A program made the position numbers and the translations under genes. From Octopus sinensis (taxonomy: Eukaryota), in assembly GCF_006345805.1 (NCBI RefSeq), contig NC_042998.1, positions 51,460,001-51,524,000 of the forward strand: a stretch of 64,000 bases of DNA, in the 5' to 3' direction. Shown in pieces: positions 39,250-52,200 of this stretch; positions within the stretch are counted from its first letter, which is position 1, and the number at the start of each line of letters is the position of its first letter. A model generated the notes under the pieces. It was not told the origin of the DNA. It ran no database searches and saw only the letters and a list, made by a program, of their open reading frames with translations.

Positions 39250-40141
39250 TTGGGTCATCACATAATGCATTTTTTAAAATTGCATGAACTAAAAGTCAGA
39301 GGGGGACAGGATAAACTACCTGCATCAACTTTCTATAAAAGCAGGTAGTAATTTTACCTTCTACTTATTTTTAGTGCAAGTTTTGAAGAGTGCATTTCGA
39401 TTTTAACAGTTATTTTTTCAAAGCTATAATGGAAGTGACAAAGGAGCATATTTGGCATGTTTTACTTTATGAGTACAATAAAGGCAACAATGCAACAGAA
39501 AGTGTGAGGAATATTTATGCTGTATATGGGGTTCAAACAATAAGCACAAGCCAGTGTCAACAGTGGTTCCAGAAATTCCGAGCTGGAAACTACAGTCTAG
39601 AAAATGAGCCTCATCCTGGAAGATCTGTAGAGCTTGATGAGGACATCCTGCACACCTTTGTGGAACAAAATCCCATTGTAATTGTTGAGGAACTAGCAGA
39701 GAAGCTTGGATTTGGACATTTAATCAGTCATTCAAGTCAGCGCTAGAAGAAAAATGGCCATCTTTTGTTTCAAGATGAAAGGTTCTTCCATCAGGATAAT
39801 GCTCAGCCACATACAGTGAGGATGACATCCCAAAGGCTGGAGCAGTTTGAATGGGAAACGGTGCCCCACCCAACATATTTGCCTGATATTGCCCCATCTA
39901 ATTATCATTTATTCTGCTGTCTTCAAAATCATTTGGACAGGAAAAATATGAATTCTGTAGACAAGATTAAAACAGTACTGGAGGAGTATTTTTCATCACA
40001 GATAAGTGAATTTGGAAGATGGAAGAGCATTGTAGAAATTGAAGGAGAGTATATTTTAGATTAAAAAAGAACTTTGTTTATCTTAATTTTTAAAAAATAA
40101 AAGAAGTATAAAAAAACCACATTATTTATGGGATGACCCAA
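39250..40141 (+). mobile_element. Internally deleted mariner (D34D) transposon
   Basis: TA|TTGGGTCATC..ATAA and TTATTTATGGGATGACCCAA|TA TIRs. N-terminal MEVTKEHIWHVLLYEY..SLENEPHPGRS HTH and C-terminal HQDNAQPH..YLPDIAPSNYHLF; the region with WVPHEL and the first Asp is missing. Confidence 0.9.
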
Positions 40142-42560
40142 TACTTCTGTCCATCTAGCATCTGGCATGATTCTAGATGTGCCATACATCCCATTGATTA
40201 TAGGATTTATGTGATATTTTCCCCATCATTACGTCTTTCAAAGTTAATAATAACCAGGGTTGCTACTCCTCACAAGAATACTGTATCTGTTAGACTTTAT
40301 ACCCTTATCAATCCTTAAAGGGCAAGTAATACCAAGACTGTCAGGATTCTCAGCTGCAGTCTAGCATCCATCTCTTAAATTAACCCCAGTACTTGACTGG
40401 TACTTTATTTTAATGACGCCCTCACCCCAGTAGAACGAAAGGTGTACAGGAGGAATGTGCAGTAATTCTTTAAGTATTAATTATTTTTTGGTTTCAAAAG
40501 AAGATGCTAATTGCTATTCTGTTCAAATGCAAAATGAATAGAAATCTCTCATAACATTTCATTTAACCAAAGGTCATTGTTATTGTAGCTTTGTTATTAC
40601 TTTGCTTGCTTGTGTAAGCATCACTTTGTACTGCAGTGAGCCTGAGAGATTAATCTAAATAATAATAATAATAATAATCTGCTTAGGATTACCTAAGCAT
40701 TAGTTTCCAGCTGAGATTTGCCCCAATTTAACACTGATTGATGTTAGCAAATATAATCATCTATAATTGTACTAGCAAAGCAGATTTACTTCCGTGATAA
40801 TTGTAGAGTATAAATTTGATGTGTGAATAAGTTGGAGGAAGCATTTAAATGTATCTGTAGAGGTGTCTAACATCATAAATACATATGTGCGTGTATGTGT
40901 GTGTGTGTTTGTGCACGCACACATATCATATACAGAGTGTCCATAAATTACCTTTACAATTTGAAAAATTCAGGAAAAGAAAAGGATAAAGATAACTCAG
41001 CAGAGTTTATTGGAAAACAAAGGCAAACAAATAAAGTTTTATTAGAAACATCTGAACACTTCCACGTGAGCTCCATTGGTTGCATGCAACCTGCTGAGTT
41101 GTCCTGTTTTTATTCCTGAATTTTTCAATTGTAAAGATAATTTATGGACAGCATGTATATGTACATGTGCTTGTTTGTACATGATGTATGTGTGTGTGTG
41201 TGTGTGTGTGTGTGAGATATTCCATTGCACAATGTATGTGTGCTTATCAGTGTATAGAAACCTGCTTTTTTCTTCTTCCAACTATGATCATTCTTTCCTT
41301 TTTCAATTGTAGTGTATCTAGATCTACATTATCCTGTGTGCTATTCTCTTTTTAAGACAATAAGAATGTGGTTGATTTGATGGGGATTTGCCCTGTTATT
41401 TCTAAAGGTTTCAGCAATTACATAGGAGCTCCTTTGTTTATTTATACTCATGATAATATATGATCTGGCAAGATTTTGGCAAATGATTTGAGAATGTTGA
41501 CACTTAAAGCTGACTGTGCAAAAACCAAGAAATGTCAAGAGATAATGTATTAATCCTTTAACTATCTATTCAATACTAGACAGAACTTTTTACTTTGTCT
41601 CTTGTCTTGCTGGATATAGCTGCCAAATTTCCATCAATTCATATTATTGCCTTAAAAAATCAAGAGACAATGGATAATTCAGTCTTAAATACACTGGGCC
41701 TGAATAAAGGTGGGCTGACCATGGCTGGATTGCTTTTGATTATAGGTGTGCTTGTTCAGAGTTTACCTGCGACTGGGCCACAATAGCTACTGACCTATTT
41801 AGTGTTCCTCATAGGGGTGAGGAGTACTGTGAGGACTGAAAAATAAGTTAGCAAATTGCTATGTTTTATAAAATTAGGGGATGGTTTTAAAACTTTTTAA
41901 AATCATCCAACATTGTGTGATAAAGAGGAATTATATGGCTGTGAACTCAATTTTGTTTTCTTATCAATGGGATCATCATCATCATTGTTTAACATCTGTG
42001 CTCCATGGGTTGGATGGTTTGACCTGGAGCTGGCTAGCAGGGAGCTGTCCAGACTCCAACTATCTGTCATGGCATGTTGTCTATAGCTGGATGCCCTTCC
42101 TAACACCAACCACTTAACTAAGTGTGCTGGCTGCTTTTTATGTGCCATTTATGCATTAAATTTTATGTGCATTTATGCATTAATGCTGCACCTGTATAGG
42201 TGCTTTTTAAGTGACACTGGCACCTGCTAGAAACAGCAACAAAATTCCCCTCAAACCAACCTTCTAGTAAAATAAAAGTGGATACGTAGGATTATATAGT
42301 CCTGGATACATTGTCCGAAAATAAAAAGGAATGGTCATGACTAGAATGCGCTGATGACATGTCTGCTTGAACAGAACTGACCTGGGTTAAACAACAACAA
42401 GCCTTTCATAGATAAACATATCTTCTCTCCCATGTCCTTAATACTGATTTTGTAGCAGGCAAAAGCTCATTTTAGACATGATGGGAGTCTCAGCAATGAT
42501 ATTCGCCATAGTATTTGACTGGTGTTTATTAATCAAACCTGGTTATTCATTTATCTAGAA

Positions 42561-42889
42561 CAGTGGTTCTCAACTAGGATCCACATCAGATTTTGGGGAG
42601 TCAGCACAAAATAATGAATTGGAGATCCACAATAGTATCTTAAGGGCCCTGAAAATATTTAGCTTTAGGTCTATGTATTGGTATGCATTGGAAGAATCAG
42701 CTAGGTTTCTTTCTCTAACATTTTACATTTTCCAACCTACGCAAGTTAATGTGGGGGAAAACAAAATAAGAATTTTGAAATAAGTTTGTATAAAACTAGT
42801 TTTTAAATATCAAATGGCTCTACAGGGATCCAACAGAATAAAATAGTAATGAAAGGGGTCCATACATAAAAAATGGTTGAGAACCCCTG
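42561..42889. mobile_element. hAT (Charlie-type) MITE with perfect 8-bp TSD
   Basis: TIRs CAGTGGTTCTCAAC / GTTGAGAACCCCTG; ATCTAGAA at 42553-42560 and 42890-42897 fits the NTCTAGAN target. Confidence 0.9.
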
Positions 42890-43679
42890 ATCTAGAAGAG
42901 CGATAAGCAAAGTTGACCCTAATAGAGATTGAACTCAGAATGAAAAGAGCTGTAACTAGATAGCTCATGACATTTTGTTCACCACTCTACTGATTCGAAA
43001 GCAGAAGACACATACCCAAGGTGCCATGCCATGGGACTGAACTAGGAACCATGTAGTTGGGAAGCAAGCTTCTTACCACACAGCCTTGTTGTTTTTTTTT
43101 GTCTGCTATTTATATCTGGATAAATTGTGGCACATTAAGATTATATCAATTGAAAGATCACAACCCAGTCTCCTTACTTAACAGTGAATTTAAAGATGAT
43201 TTTCATTGATGTTGTTGTTTTGTTACGACAGCTTCAAGAGAAAATAGTTTTAAGAATTTAAAAGAATTAAATGACTTAAGAAAGTTAGCTGAAATTATGT
43301 GTGGATAAAGTCCAACTGGAACTTACCCAAAGTAATTCATTTGATGCCTGCAACTATTACATTTTCTAGTCTATAGAATGGAAGAGATGACTTCTTCATA
43401 TTTTGTTTTGTATTTTTCGATTCTTGTCATAAGGCATTTATGTTAATTACCTGTTTCATATCCTTCCTCAAGTCTGATATTTCACAATCCTCAAATTTTA
43501 ACTCTGCATATTTATATTTGCACATGCAGAGCAAAGAGTACATTTAATATTTCTTTCTGGTTGTTTTATTTTGTTTTGTTTTTTTTTTATGCTGTAATGC
43601 ATTCTAAATTGGCCAATTTCTCTCTCCCTTTCTCTGTAAATACAACCTCAAAGATGATTACACAAACACACTCAATATG

Positions 43680-43761
43680 TATGTGTGTGTGTGTGTGTGT
43701 GTATATATATAGATATATATAAAAAATTATGATTTATTGCTACTCCATTTCTTTTCTTATC

Positions 43762-43815
<54 letters not shown>

Positions 43816-44150
43816 GTGTGTGTGTGTGTGTACATACATACATATGCCATGTTATTGCCAGTAGGTTGTTGGCTATAATATGTATGTATGTATGTATGTG
43901 TGTGTATATGTTTATATGTATATATATATGAGTATATATATATATATATTATATATATGTATATATATATGTATATATATATATGTTATATATATATGTA
44001 TATATATGTATATATATATGTATATATATGTATGTATATATATGTGTATATATATGTATATATATATGTATATATATATATGTATATATATATATGTATA
44101 TATATATATGTATATATATGTATATGTATATATATATATGTATGTATATA

Positions 44151-44213
<63 letters not shown>

Positions 44214-44295
44214 GTGTGTATATATATTTATATGTATGTATATATATATTTATGTACATATATGTGTATGTACATCTATGTATGTGTGTGTATGT
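43680..44295. repeat. Long compound (TA)n/(TATATG)n/(CA)n microsatellite block
   Basis: Directly visible; source of the many Y/I/M/V ORFs. Similar blocks at 44700-44957, 51185-51385 and 51570-51620. Confidence 0.95.
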
Positions 44296-44908
44296 ATGTG
44301 GCAGCCTTCTGAAAGAATTTCAGAAACTTGAATTATCTATACAGTATGTCTACATTGAATGTTAAGAAGTGTAGAACAGCTGGAAATCATGAGGTCGACA
44401 CATATGCTGGCTTATGTAATAGAAAGCATTTTATTTATTCGCATTTTGCCATTCTCCAATTATGCTTATATTTTGCTTTTCACTGTACATCATTTCAGAT
44501 CTTTCTACTTCAGTGCATAACCTAACTAGTGGCTATAATCTTCAGAAGCTGGAATTAGCATTGTGTGGCCATTCATAAGCGATTTCGGATTACTTTAGAA
44601 TAGCTTTCTACTTCTGCTGTATTTCTTCACCTTCACTGCTATCTCTTTTCTTTCGTGTAAAAATTGTGATGCATTAGATTTGAATGAAACATTCCTATGT
44701 TTTGTATATATACACACATACACATTTATATATATATATGTGTATATAACTATATATATATATATACATATATAAATGTGTGTATATATACATATATAGA
44801 CACACACCCACATATGTGTGTATATATGAATGTATATGTGTGTATATATATACATGTTTATATATATATACATACATACATTTATATATATATGTGTGTA
44901 TATATGTG

Positions 44909-44958
<50 letters not shown>

Positions 44959-45001
44959 AACTTATTGTGGTCAAGGCTGCATGGCATTCAATCATGAATA
45001 A

Positions 45002-45500
45002 ATAAAATGAAAAACATGCATTGTGTACAGATCATTACCAATGAGTGCAAAATACATAAAAACATGAGAGAAAAGAACAAGACAAAATACCAAAAGAAGA
45101 TAACTCCTCATCAGTTGTCGGACTGTTCATTACTTCTATTTCGTGCTTTTAACTACAATATAGGGAACTTCATCAGACAGCAGCATCCAGAAATTTTAGA
45201 AACATAAAATTCATGGAGAGTTAGAGCTTCGAACGAACATACAAGGACAGTGTGGACGTGCAAAGTAAACAATCGACGAAGACAAACATTAAGGGCCGTT
45301 AAGTCAAGACGAATTGTAATGCATAATGCCTGCGAGAAATTTTATCAAGGAAATAAAATAATAGAAGAGAAGAAAATAGGAGAATGGAAATAATTAGAAG
45401 AGAAGAAAATAGTAGAAGAAAAATGTACTTTTCTCTCATGTGTTTACGTATTTTTTACTCATCGGTGATGTCCTGTACACAATGTGTATTTTCATTTTAT
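45002..45500. mobile_element. Element with ~74-bp terminal inverted repeats between (TA)n arrays, probably Penelope-derived
   Basis: 45002-45075 is the reverse complement of 45428-45500 with mismatches; partial hammerhead-core motifs in the arms and interior. Confidence 0.65.
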
Positions 45501-47178
45501 ACATATGTATATATATATATATATATATATAGGCATGATGAATAGCTAAATACCAGGTATTGTCTCTATCCATGTAGATATGCTTAAGGCCAACTCTGTC
45601 ACAGCAACATAAGTGCTACTTGATCTGTTCAGGACCATTGTGGTAGAGTAATACCATTTCAAGTGATTGGGCAAAGGGATTAATTACCAACTTTCTGAGA
45701 AAAGCAGCTTACAGAACTGTCTTAATTGGCATGGTGTTACAGTCCTTTCCTACCCTAATAAGTTTTTCTGCAGAACTTTTTACTGTCTGTTTAAATCAGC
45801 AGTTGAAAATCTAGGGGATAAAAAATCAAGGAGAATTTAGGAAAGGTAGTGAAAACATGAAATCAGATTATTGCTTTGAGTAATAACATCAAACTGTGCC
45901 TTCAGTGCAAAGCTATCTTGTACATTGATTTCTCTATTAGAAAGTCTTTTCATGTGGTTTTGTTATCATATGGAATCCCTGAGATCATAATCACCGTTAT
46001 AACTCTGTTCTACAACTGTTACACATGGCCCAGTGGTTAGAGTGTTAGGCTCACAATCATGAGGTAATGAGTTTGATTCCCAGACCAGACTGTATTTTGC
46101 ATTCGTGAGCAAGACTCTTTATTTCACATTGCTCCTGTTCACTGAACTGTAAAAATCAGTTGCGATTTTACTGATGCCAAGCTGTATCAGCCCTTGCCTT
46201 TCCCTTAGATAACATCTGTGGCATGGAGAGGGGAGGCTGGTATGCATGAGCAAGTGCTGGTCTTCCATAATCAACCTTGCCCAGGCTTGTGCCTCAGAAG
46301 TTAACTTTCTAGGTGCAATCCCATGGTTATTCATGAATGAAGGGCATTTTTACTCTTTTTACAACTGTTACTAATGTGGTATAATCATTGACAAGACAGA
46401 ATGATTTTAGATTGAATCCAGTGCAAAAGCATTATGTCCTCTCACCCTCTGTTCTATAACCTTTACTAATGCAGTGTAATCATTGACTATGAGATATACT
46501 CTGGTTTTAAACTGAATCCATTGCACAATATCATTGTGTTTTCTCACCCATCTTCTAACTTATCATCAACTGGATTATTCTTTTATTCATTTACTTGTTT
46601 CAGAACAATGTTTGTCCTTGGGTAGCAGCTGTTATTTCCTATTTGCTTACCCTTAGAAAGTATGAAAAATGGTTAATATTTCCTTCAAACTTTGCTTTTA
46701 TTACATTTATTCAGACCCTGAAGAATCCCGCTCAATGGCTATGATGCTCTCCCACTACTCCTGTTCATGCACAAATTTTCATCCACCAAGGGACATGCTT
46801 AACTGATTAAGGTCAAGCAACTTACAAGTGAACCTGTGGTATTGAGCAGAATATTTGCTATAACGATGATTCTGTTTCAGCAACTCAGCTCTGAATCTGT
46901 CTGAAATGTAATGGAATCTGAAATGTAATGGGAAAATAGGTCAGTTTCAAAACAATGATGTCCAGGTTACAAAAGCAAAGTTTGAAGGGAATAGTTGTCG
47001 ATTCCTTTGATTTTTAGATCAAAGCAAATAAGAAATAACACTTAATGACCAAAGACAAAAACATGAAAATTTTCTTAGTGTTTTTAGCTCTATTATAAAG
47101 AAATTTTCGGTAAAAAATTCAAGAATCCTTACATATAATGTAGTCAAATTTTATATATATATATATTTTTTTTTCCAG

Positions 47179-47387
47179 TATGTAAAAACCGATGATTTCT
47201 ATGAAAAGCCATTATGGTTCCGACTTTTCTACATGATGCCAATATTTTGTGTCTTCCGCTGGCGTCTCTACATTGCCTGGATCCTAGCAGAGTGTTCCTG
47301 CATGATGGGAGCATATGGGGCATATCCTGCCAGCTCCTTACCAAAATGTGGTCAGGGACCTTCTGACCTGAAAGCACTCCATAAAGT
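47179..47387 (+). CDS. MBOAT7: MBOAT7 coding exon (209 nt, phase 0 to 2)
   Basis: Acceptor ttttttccag, donor GT|gtaagt. YVKTDDFYEKPLWFRLFYMMPIFCVFRWRLYIAWILAECSCMMGAYGAYPASSLPKCGQGP matches RLFYMIPVFFAFRMRFYVAWIAAECGCIAAGFGAYP. Not shown in this frame by the ORF track. Confidence 0.95.
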
Positions 47388-47528
47388 GTAAGTATAATAT
47401 TATTCTGTTTACCTATTTAATAAACATTATAGAGTATATTCTGTCTAGAATTTCCAATTTGTCTTCAAGTTTTGAGGATTTTGTACTTAAAATAAATAGG
47501 CTTAATTCAGCATTAGTATATCACTTAG

Positions 47529-47604
<76 letters not shown>

Positions 47605-48314
47605 CTATCTCATATCCTTAATCATCAATATAAATAGACTAGAAAGTCAGCTTCCCCATAATCTCTATCATGTTAATGTGACACCCAAATTTCCCTCAAT
47701 ACACCTTGTATTGTCTTTCAAATTACAATCATATTTTCCAAGTCAGAAATCTTAAGAAAGACTAAATACACTGCTATAAAGATGAAATAATTTCATCAAG
47801 AATGCTAATTCCAATATTGAAGTGTTTCTTCAACTGGAAAACCAAATATCCTAAAGCAGAACTTCACCTAGTGCACTATTCTGGTTGCTTAATTGTGTGC
47901 ATTGATATCATATGTTGGGCTCTTCAAATATAACAGTAATCCTCTGTGGACTGTTAGTCTGGCATAGTCCACTAGATGCTAAAAATGGCCTGTATGCAAT
48001 GGCTAGAAAAAGATTGAGTGAAACCTAGTAACCAGCTGATCTAGCAAGCAGGGCTTCATCTCAGTGAGGAGGCCAGTGCACAATGACGCTGTTGATAAGA
48101 AGGCTCCAAAACAGTGTGCATTCTCTCCTGATGACCCCATAAGCTGGTAGTACTTGCATCTGCAAGTTTGCAAAAAATCTAAAAATACTGGCATCAGTTA
48201 TATTAATACTAACCTTTGTTATCCAACCTACATTTGTTGATTCGTATTAAATACCCGTGATAAAATGCTGACATTACTATTGATTAATCGAAAAGTATTC
48301 TGATTCTATTTTAG

Positions 48315-48488
48315 GAAATCTTTCCCAAAGAAAACAGCTAGTTATAACTTTGAAGCTGTAAATAACCTCTACATCTGGGGTTGTGAAATGGCACCTACCA
48401 CCAAAGAAGCATTGCGCAGCTGGAATAAGTCAGTGCAGTATTGGCTGGCCAATATAGTCTACCGTAGAGTGCCAATGAAATCTTTTAG
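48315..48488 (+). CDS. MBOAT7: MBOAT7 coding exon carrying the conserved Asn (174 nt, phase 2 to 2)
   Basis: Acceptor ttttag, donor AG|gtaagt. KSFPKKTASYNFEAVNNLYIWGCEMAPTTKEALRSWNKSVQYWLANIVYRR contains the MBOAT WN..VQ.WL motif (Asn codon 48424-48426). Confidence 0.95.
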
Positions 48489-48558
48489 GTAAGTTATACA
48501 TAAAGACTTATAAGTGGATTTGGTAAGCAGAAACTGAAAGAAGCCTTTTGTGTATATA

Positions 48559-48597
<39 letters not shown>

Positions 48598-48960
48598 TAC
48601 AAAATTAGAAAATGGAGAAACATACTTAAATCAATCTGGCACTCCAGTGGTTACACCAATGAGGGTTCCAGGTGATCTGATCAATGGAAAAGCCTGCTAG
48701 TGAAATTAATGTGCAAGTGACTGATCACTTCACAGACACATGTACCTTTAACATAGTTCTCAGGGAGATCCAACATGGCATAGAATGTGACATGGCTGGC
48801 CCTTTGAAATACAAATACTACTTATTTTTGTCAGCTGAGTGGACTGGAACAATGTGAAATTAAGTGTCTTGCTCAAGGACACAATGCATCACCAGGAATT
48901 GAACTCATGGTGTGACAATTGTGAGCCAAATACCCTAACCACTCAGCCATGTGCCTTCAC

Positions 48961-48993
<33 letters not shown>

Positions 48994-50409
48994 CTGTGTT
49001 TGTCCTCCAATGCTGCTTGACAATTGGTGTTGGTGTACCTATGCCCCCAGAACTTAGCAGTTCAACAAGAGACCAATAGAGTAAGTACCAAGCTTAACAA
49101 AATGTTAAGTACTGGAGCTGATTCATTCAGCTAAAAATTCTTCAAGGCACTGTCGTAGTATGGCCACAGTCTAATGACCGAAACAGGTAAAAGGTATAAA
49201 TCCAAAATTTTAATAATTCATGGAGTGCACACAGAACAGCAAGAATCCAAAGAATAATGTATCGACTCATTCTTAACACATTCAGGCAAATTCAAACATG
49301 GTGAAAAGCAAACAGCAATCAAGTGTTCACATTAGAACATTCCTGAATATATTAAGAATAAATAGGAATAGATATATTATTGTCAGGGATTTAATCTTTC
49401 CAGTGTTTCATTCACTAAGATCATGGCTTCCATGTACTTCTTCAAAACTCCCAGAGACCATGCCCATGTGTCTTTTATGCCATCAAATGTGGTTTGACTT
49501 TTTGTAAAATAAGTAGTGATGTACTCGCTAATTTTCCTGTCAGGAACCAAAGCAACCTTTGCAGACTTTGTTTTCTGGAAACCTACACAACATAAGCCTT
49601 TCTGCTTATGAGCACAAGGCCTGAAATTTAGGGAAGGGGACTAGTCAATTACATCTACCCCAGTACGTAATTGGTACTTATTTCATTGACCCCCCCCCCC
49701 CACCCGAAAGGATGAAAGGCAAAGTCAACCTTGGTGGAATTTGAACTCAAACTATAAGAATGGACGAAATGCTGCTAACCATTTTACCCAGCATGCTAAC
49801 AATTCTGCCAGCTCGCCACCTTAACCAACAACAACGTAATAAAAATAATAAGCATAACAACAGTTACATACATTAACATAAGCTCCTGACAAATTTATAA
49901 GGAAAGAGTATTGTTGATTGAACTGAATCACACAGTATATCACTGGTACTAATTCTATTGATATTGAAAGAGATGGAAATACATGAGGGTTCGAACCCAG
50001 AACTGAAAAAGAAAAAAAGTTAATCACTAAAATATTTGGTACTATTGTCAGCACTTCTTGAACACCAATTACATTCGCCTAGGGTTTCACTGGTACTTAA
50101 TTTATCAACACTGAAAGGATGAAAAGCAAAGGTGGAATTTGAACTCAGACTATAAGGACAGACAAAATACTGCTAAGCATTTTGCCCAGCATGCTAACGA
50201 TTCTGCCAGCTCGTTGCCTTCCTTTACCCTAATAAAGAAAGGATGAAAGGCAAAGCTAACCTCAGCGGGATTTGAACTATGAACATAAAGAGCTGGCAAA
50301 CATTCCACAAAGCATTTTTGTCTGATGTTGTAATTATTCTGCCAGCAAGCAAAATAAGGAAAACAGTTGTAATTAATCATTATAATTTTTTGTTTTTTCC
50401 CCATTTCAG

Positions 50410-50749
50410 GGTATTTCTGACAATGGCTGTTAGTGCTTACTGGCATGGCGTCGACCCAGGATATTACATGAGCTTCCTCACAGTACCTCCAATCCTGATG
50501 GCTGAAAGAGTTATGATAGCAGCATTTCGAGATGAAGAACCTACAATAAAGCAAAAACTATTTGACCACGTGTGCTGGTTTTTTCGAATGCGGGGATTTG
50601 ATTACAATTGCATGGGCTTCCTTTTACTTTCTTGGCACGACACAGTTCGTTACTGGTCATCTATATACTTTATTGGACATATAACTATTATAGTATTTTT
50701 TATTGTTGGCACTATTTTCCGTCCACCTAGGAAAAAAACCAACGACTGA
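50410..50749 (+). CDS. MBOAT7: MBOAT7 last coding exon carrying the catalytic His
   Basis: Acceptor catttcag. VFLTMAVSAYWHGVDPGYYMSF...WFFRMRGFDYNCMGFLLLS...RYWSSIYF to TGA; SAYWHG His codon 50444-50446. Confidence 0.96.
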
Positions 50750-51081
50750 TTTTCCTTTTAAGTTTTTTTTTTTTTTGCTACTTTCGAACTCTCTAAGTAT
50801 GTGACTGGAATTATGAGATTAAAAAAAAAAATACAAAATTACACAGAGTGAATGTGTGTACGTACTTTATTTTTCATTATTTCTAAATCTTCTTATATAA
50901 TCTGGTTATTCCCTTCAAATTAAAATTAATTGATCACATTTAAAAAAAAAATTCCCCAACATTCCAAAACCCAACCCACTTACATAATGTAATGGCATGA
51001 CTCCATGTAGTTTGTTATTTGTGACCTATCATGAACACTTTAAATCTGCTTTTGTTATGGTAGATGACTGTCACACACACA

Positions 51082-51112
<31 letters not shown>

Positions 51113-51304
51113 CCCAGCAGGTTAAATTAAATATCTATGAAAAATCTAAACATCAATAGAAACATGAAATAATGCAGTAACTTCACATATATATATATGT
51201 GTGTAAGACATATGTGTATATAAGTATATGTATGTATGTATCTATGTACTTGTGTGTGTGTATGTGTATATATATATATGTATATATATGTGTGTGTATG
51301 TATG

Positions 51305-51383
<79 letters not shown>

Positions 51384-51430
51384 ATGTAAAATACTGCTGT
51401 CGCTCTTTAATTTCACCTCTGTCAGCTTTT

Positions 51431-51462
51431 GCCTGAAGAAGGACTCTGTCTGAAACATTGGA
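51431..51462 (+). ncRNA. Minimal hammerhead-like relic H8 in a short segment between (TA)n arrays
   Basis: GC-CTGAAGA-AGGACTCTGTCT-GAAAC-ATT-GGA; ATTG can be derived from GTCG by two CpG transitions (inference). Confidence 0.45.
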
Positions 51463-51568
51463 TTTTCCACTCCCTGCAGCAAGTTAACTACTTTTTTTCC
51501 TGGTTTTACTAAATAATACAAATCTTGTCAATAGAGACTAATACCAGTCTATTAGGATTCTGTTTTAT

Positions 51569-51613
<45 letters not shown>

Positions 51614-51984
51614 GTATATATAAACTAATGACAGTGCTCCAACATGGTTGCACTATAATGTTAGTGAAAAAAAATTGTTTGGGTTTTCGGGAGGTGAGGC
51701 AATTATTTATCCAAAAATATTGTTGATTTTTTTTCATTTTATTTTCTGTTCTCTAATTATCTAATTAGATTGTAATTTGTTAGTCATTTCTTATGTGTTG
51801 CATATCTGTGTTTGCTTACTGTGACTCAACTGCTCAAAGTATTCTGCATTTTCAGCTGAATTTAATGAATTCACTAAAAATTTTTGATGCTGAAATTTGA
51901 CTTTATAATGCAACAACAATATGTGGTTTGTGACAATGAGTGTAAGCTATGAATAAAGCTTGATGCTAAAGCAAGGTATAGATC

Positions 51985-52200
51985 ATTAATCTTCTAGTAC
52001 TCTGTGGACGCATAGGACTCTTGTGAATTCAAACCACGTATTTTCTGTCTTGAGCAATTTCTTCTACATCCATCCAATTTCCTTCAGCAACATCTTTCAT
52101 CATCTCTCTTAGCCAGTCCTCTCTCAGTTTGCTATGCTACCTCCTGAAGGAGAATGCTGGGAACTGGTTGGCACTGGCACGTAGCTAATACTTTCATGAG
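51985..52200 (-). mobile_element. Old RTE LINE 3' fragment
   Basis: Minus strand LREDWLREMMKDVAEGNWMDVEEIAQDRKY resembles the RTE C-terminal ..TW......W..V...AQDR..W motif. Confidence 0.5.

Noticed and set aside
41595-41786. Hydrophobic ORF considered as the missing MBOAT7 exon
   Set aside because: The true exon is 47179-47387; this ORF has no MBOAT similarity or good splice sites.
44480-44550. Minus-strand CTGAAGA ... GAAAT-GAT-GTA between (TA)n blocks
   Set aside because: Spacer is 3 nt and stems I and II are unconvincing; it may be an old relic but is not supportable.
43880-44987. Many long ORFs rich in Y/I/M/V/C/H/T (also 180-831, 24187-24461, 25281-25622, 27630-29271, 51183-51521)
   Set aside because: They are translations of microsatellites that happen to lack stop codons.
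50730-50749. C-terminal KKTND as an ER-retrieval signal
   Set aside because: The lysines are at -5 and -4, not the canonical -3/-4 or -3/-5.
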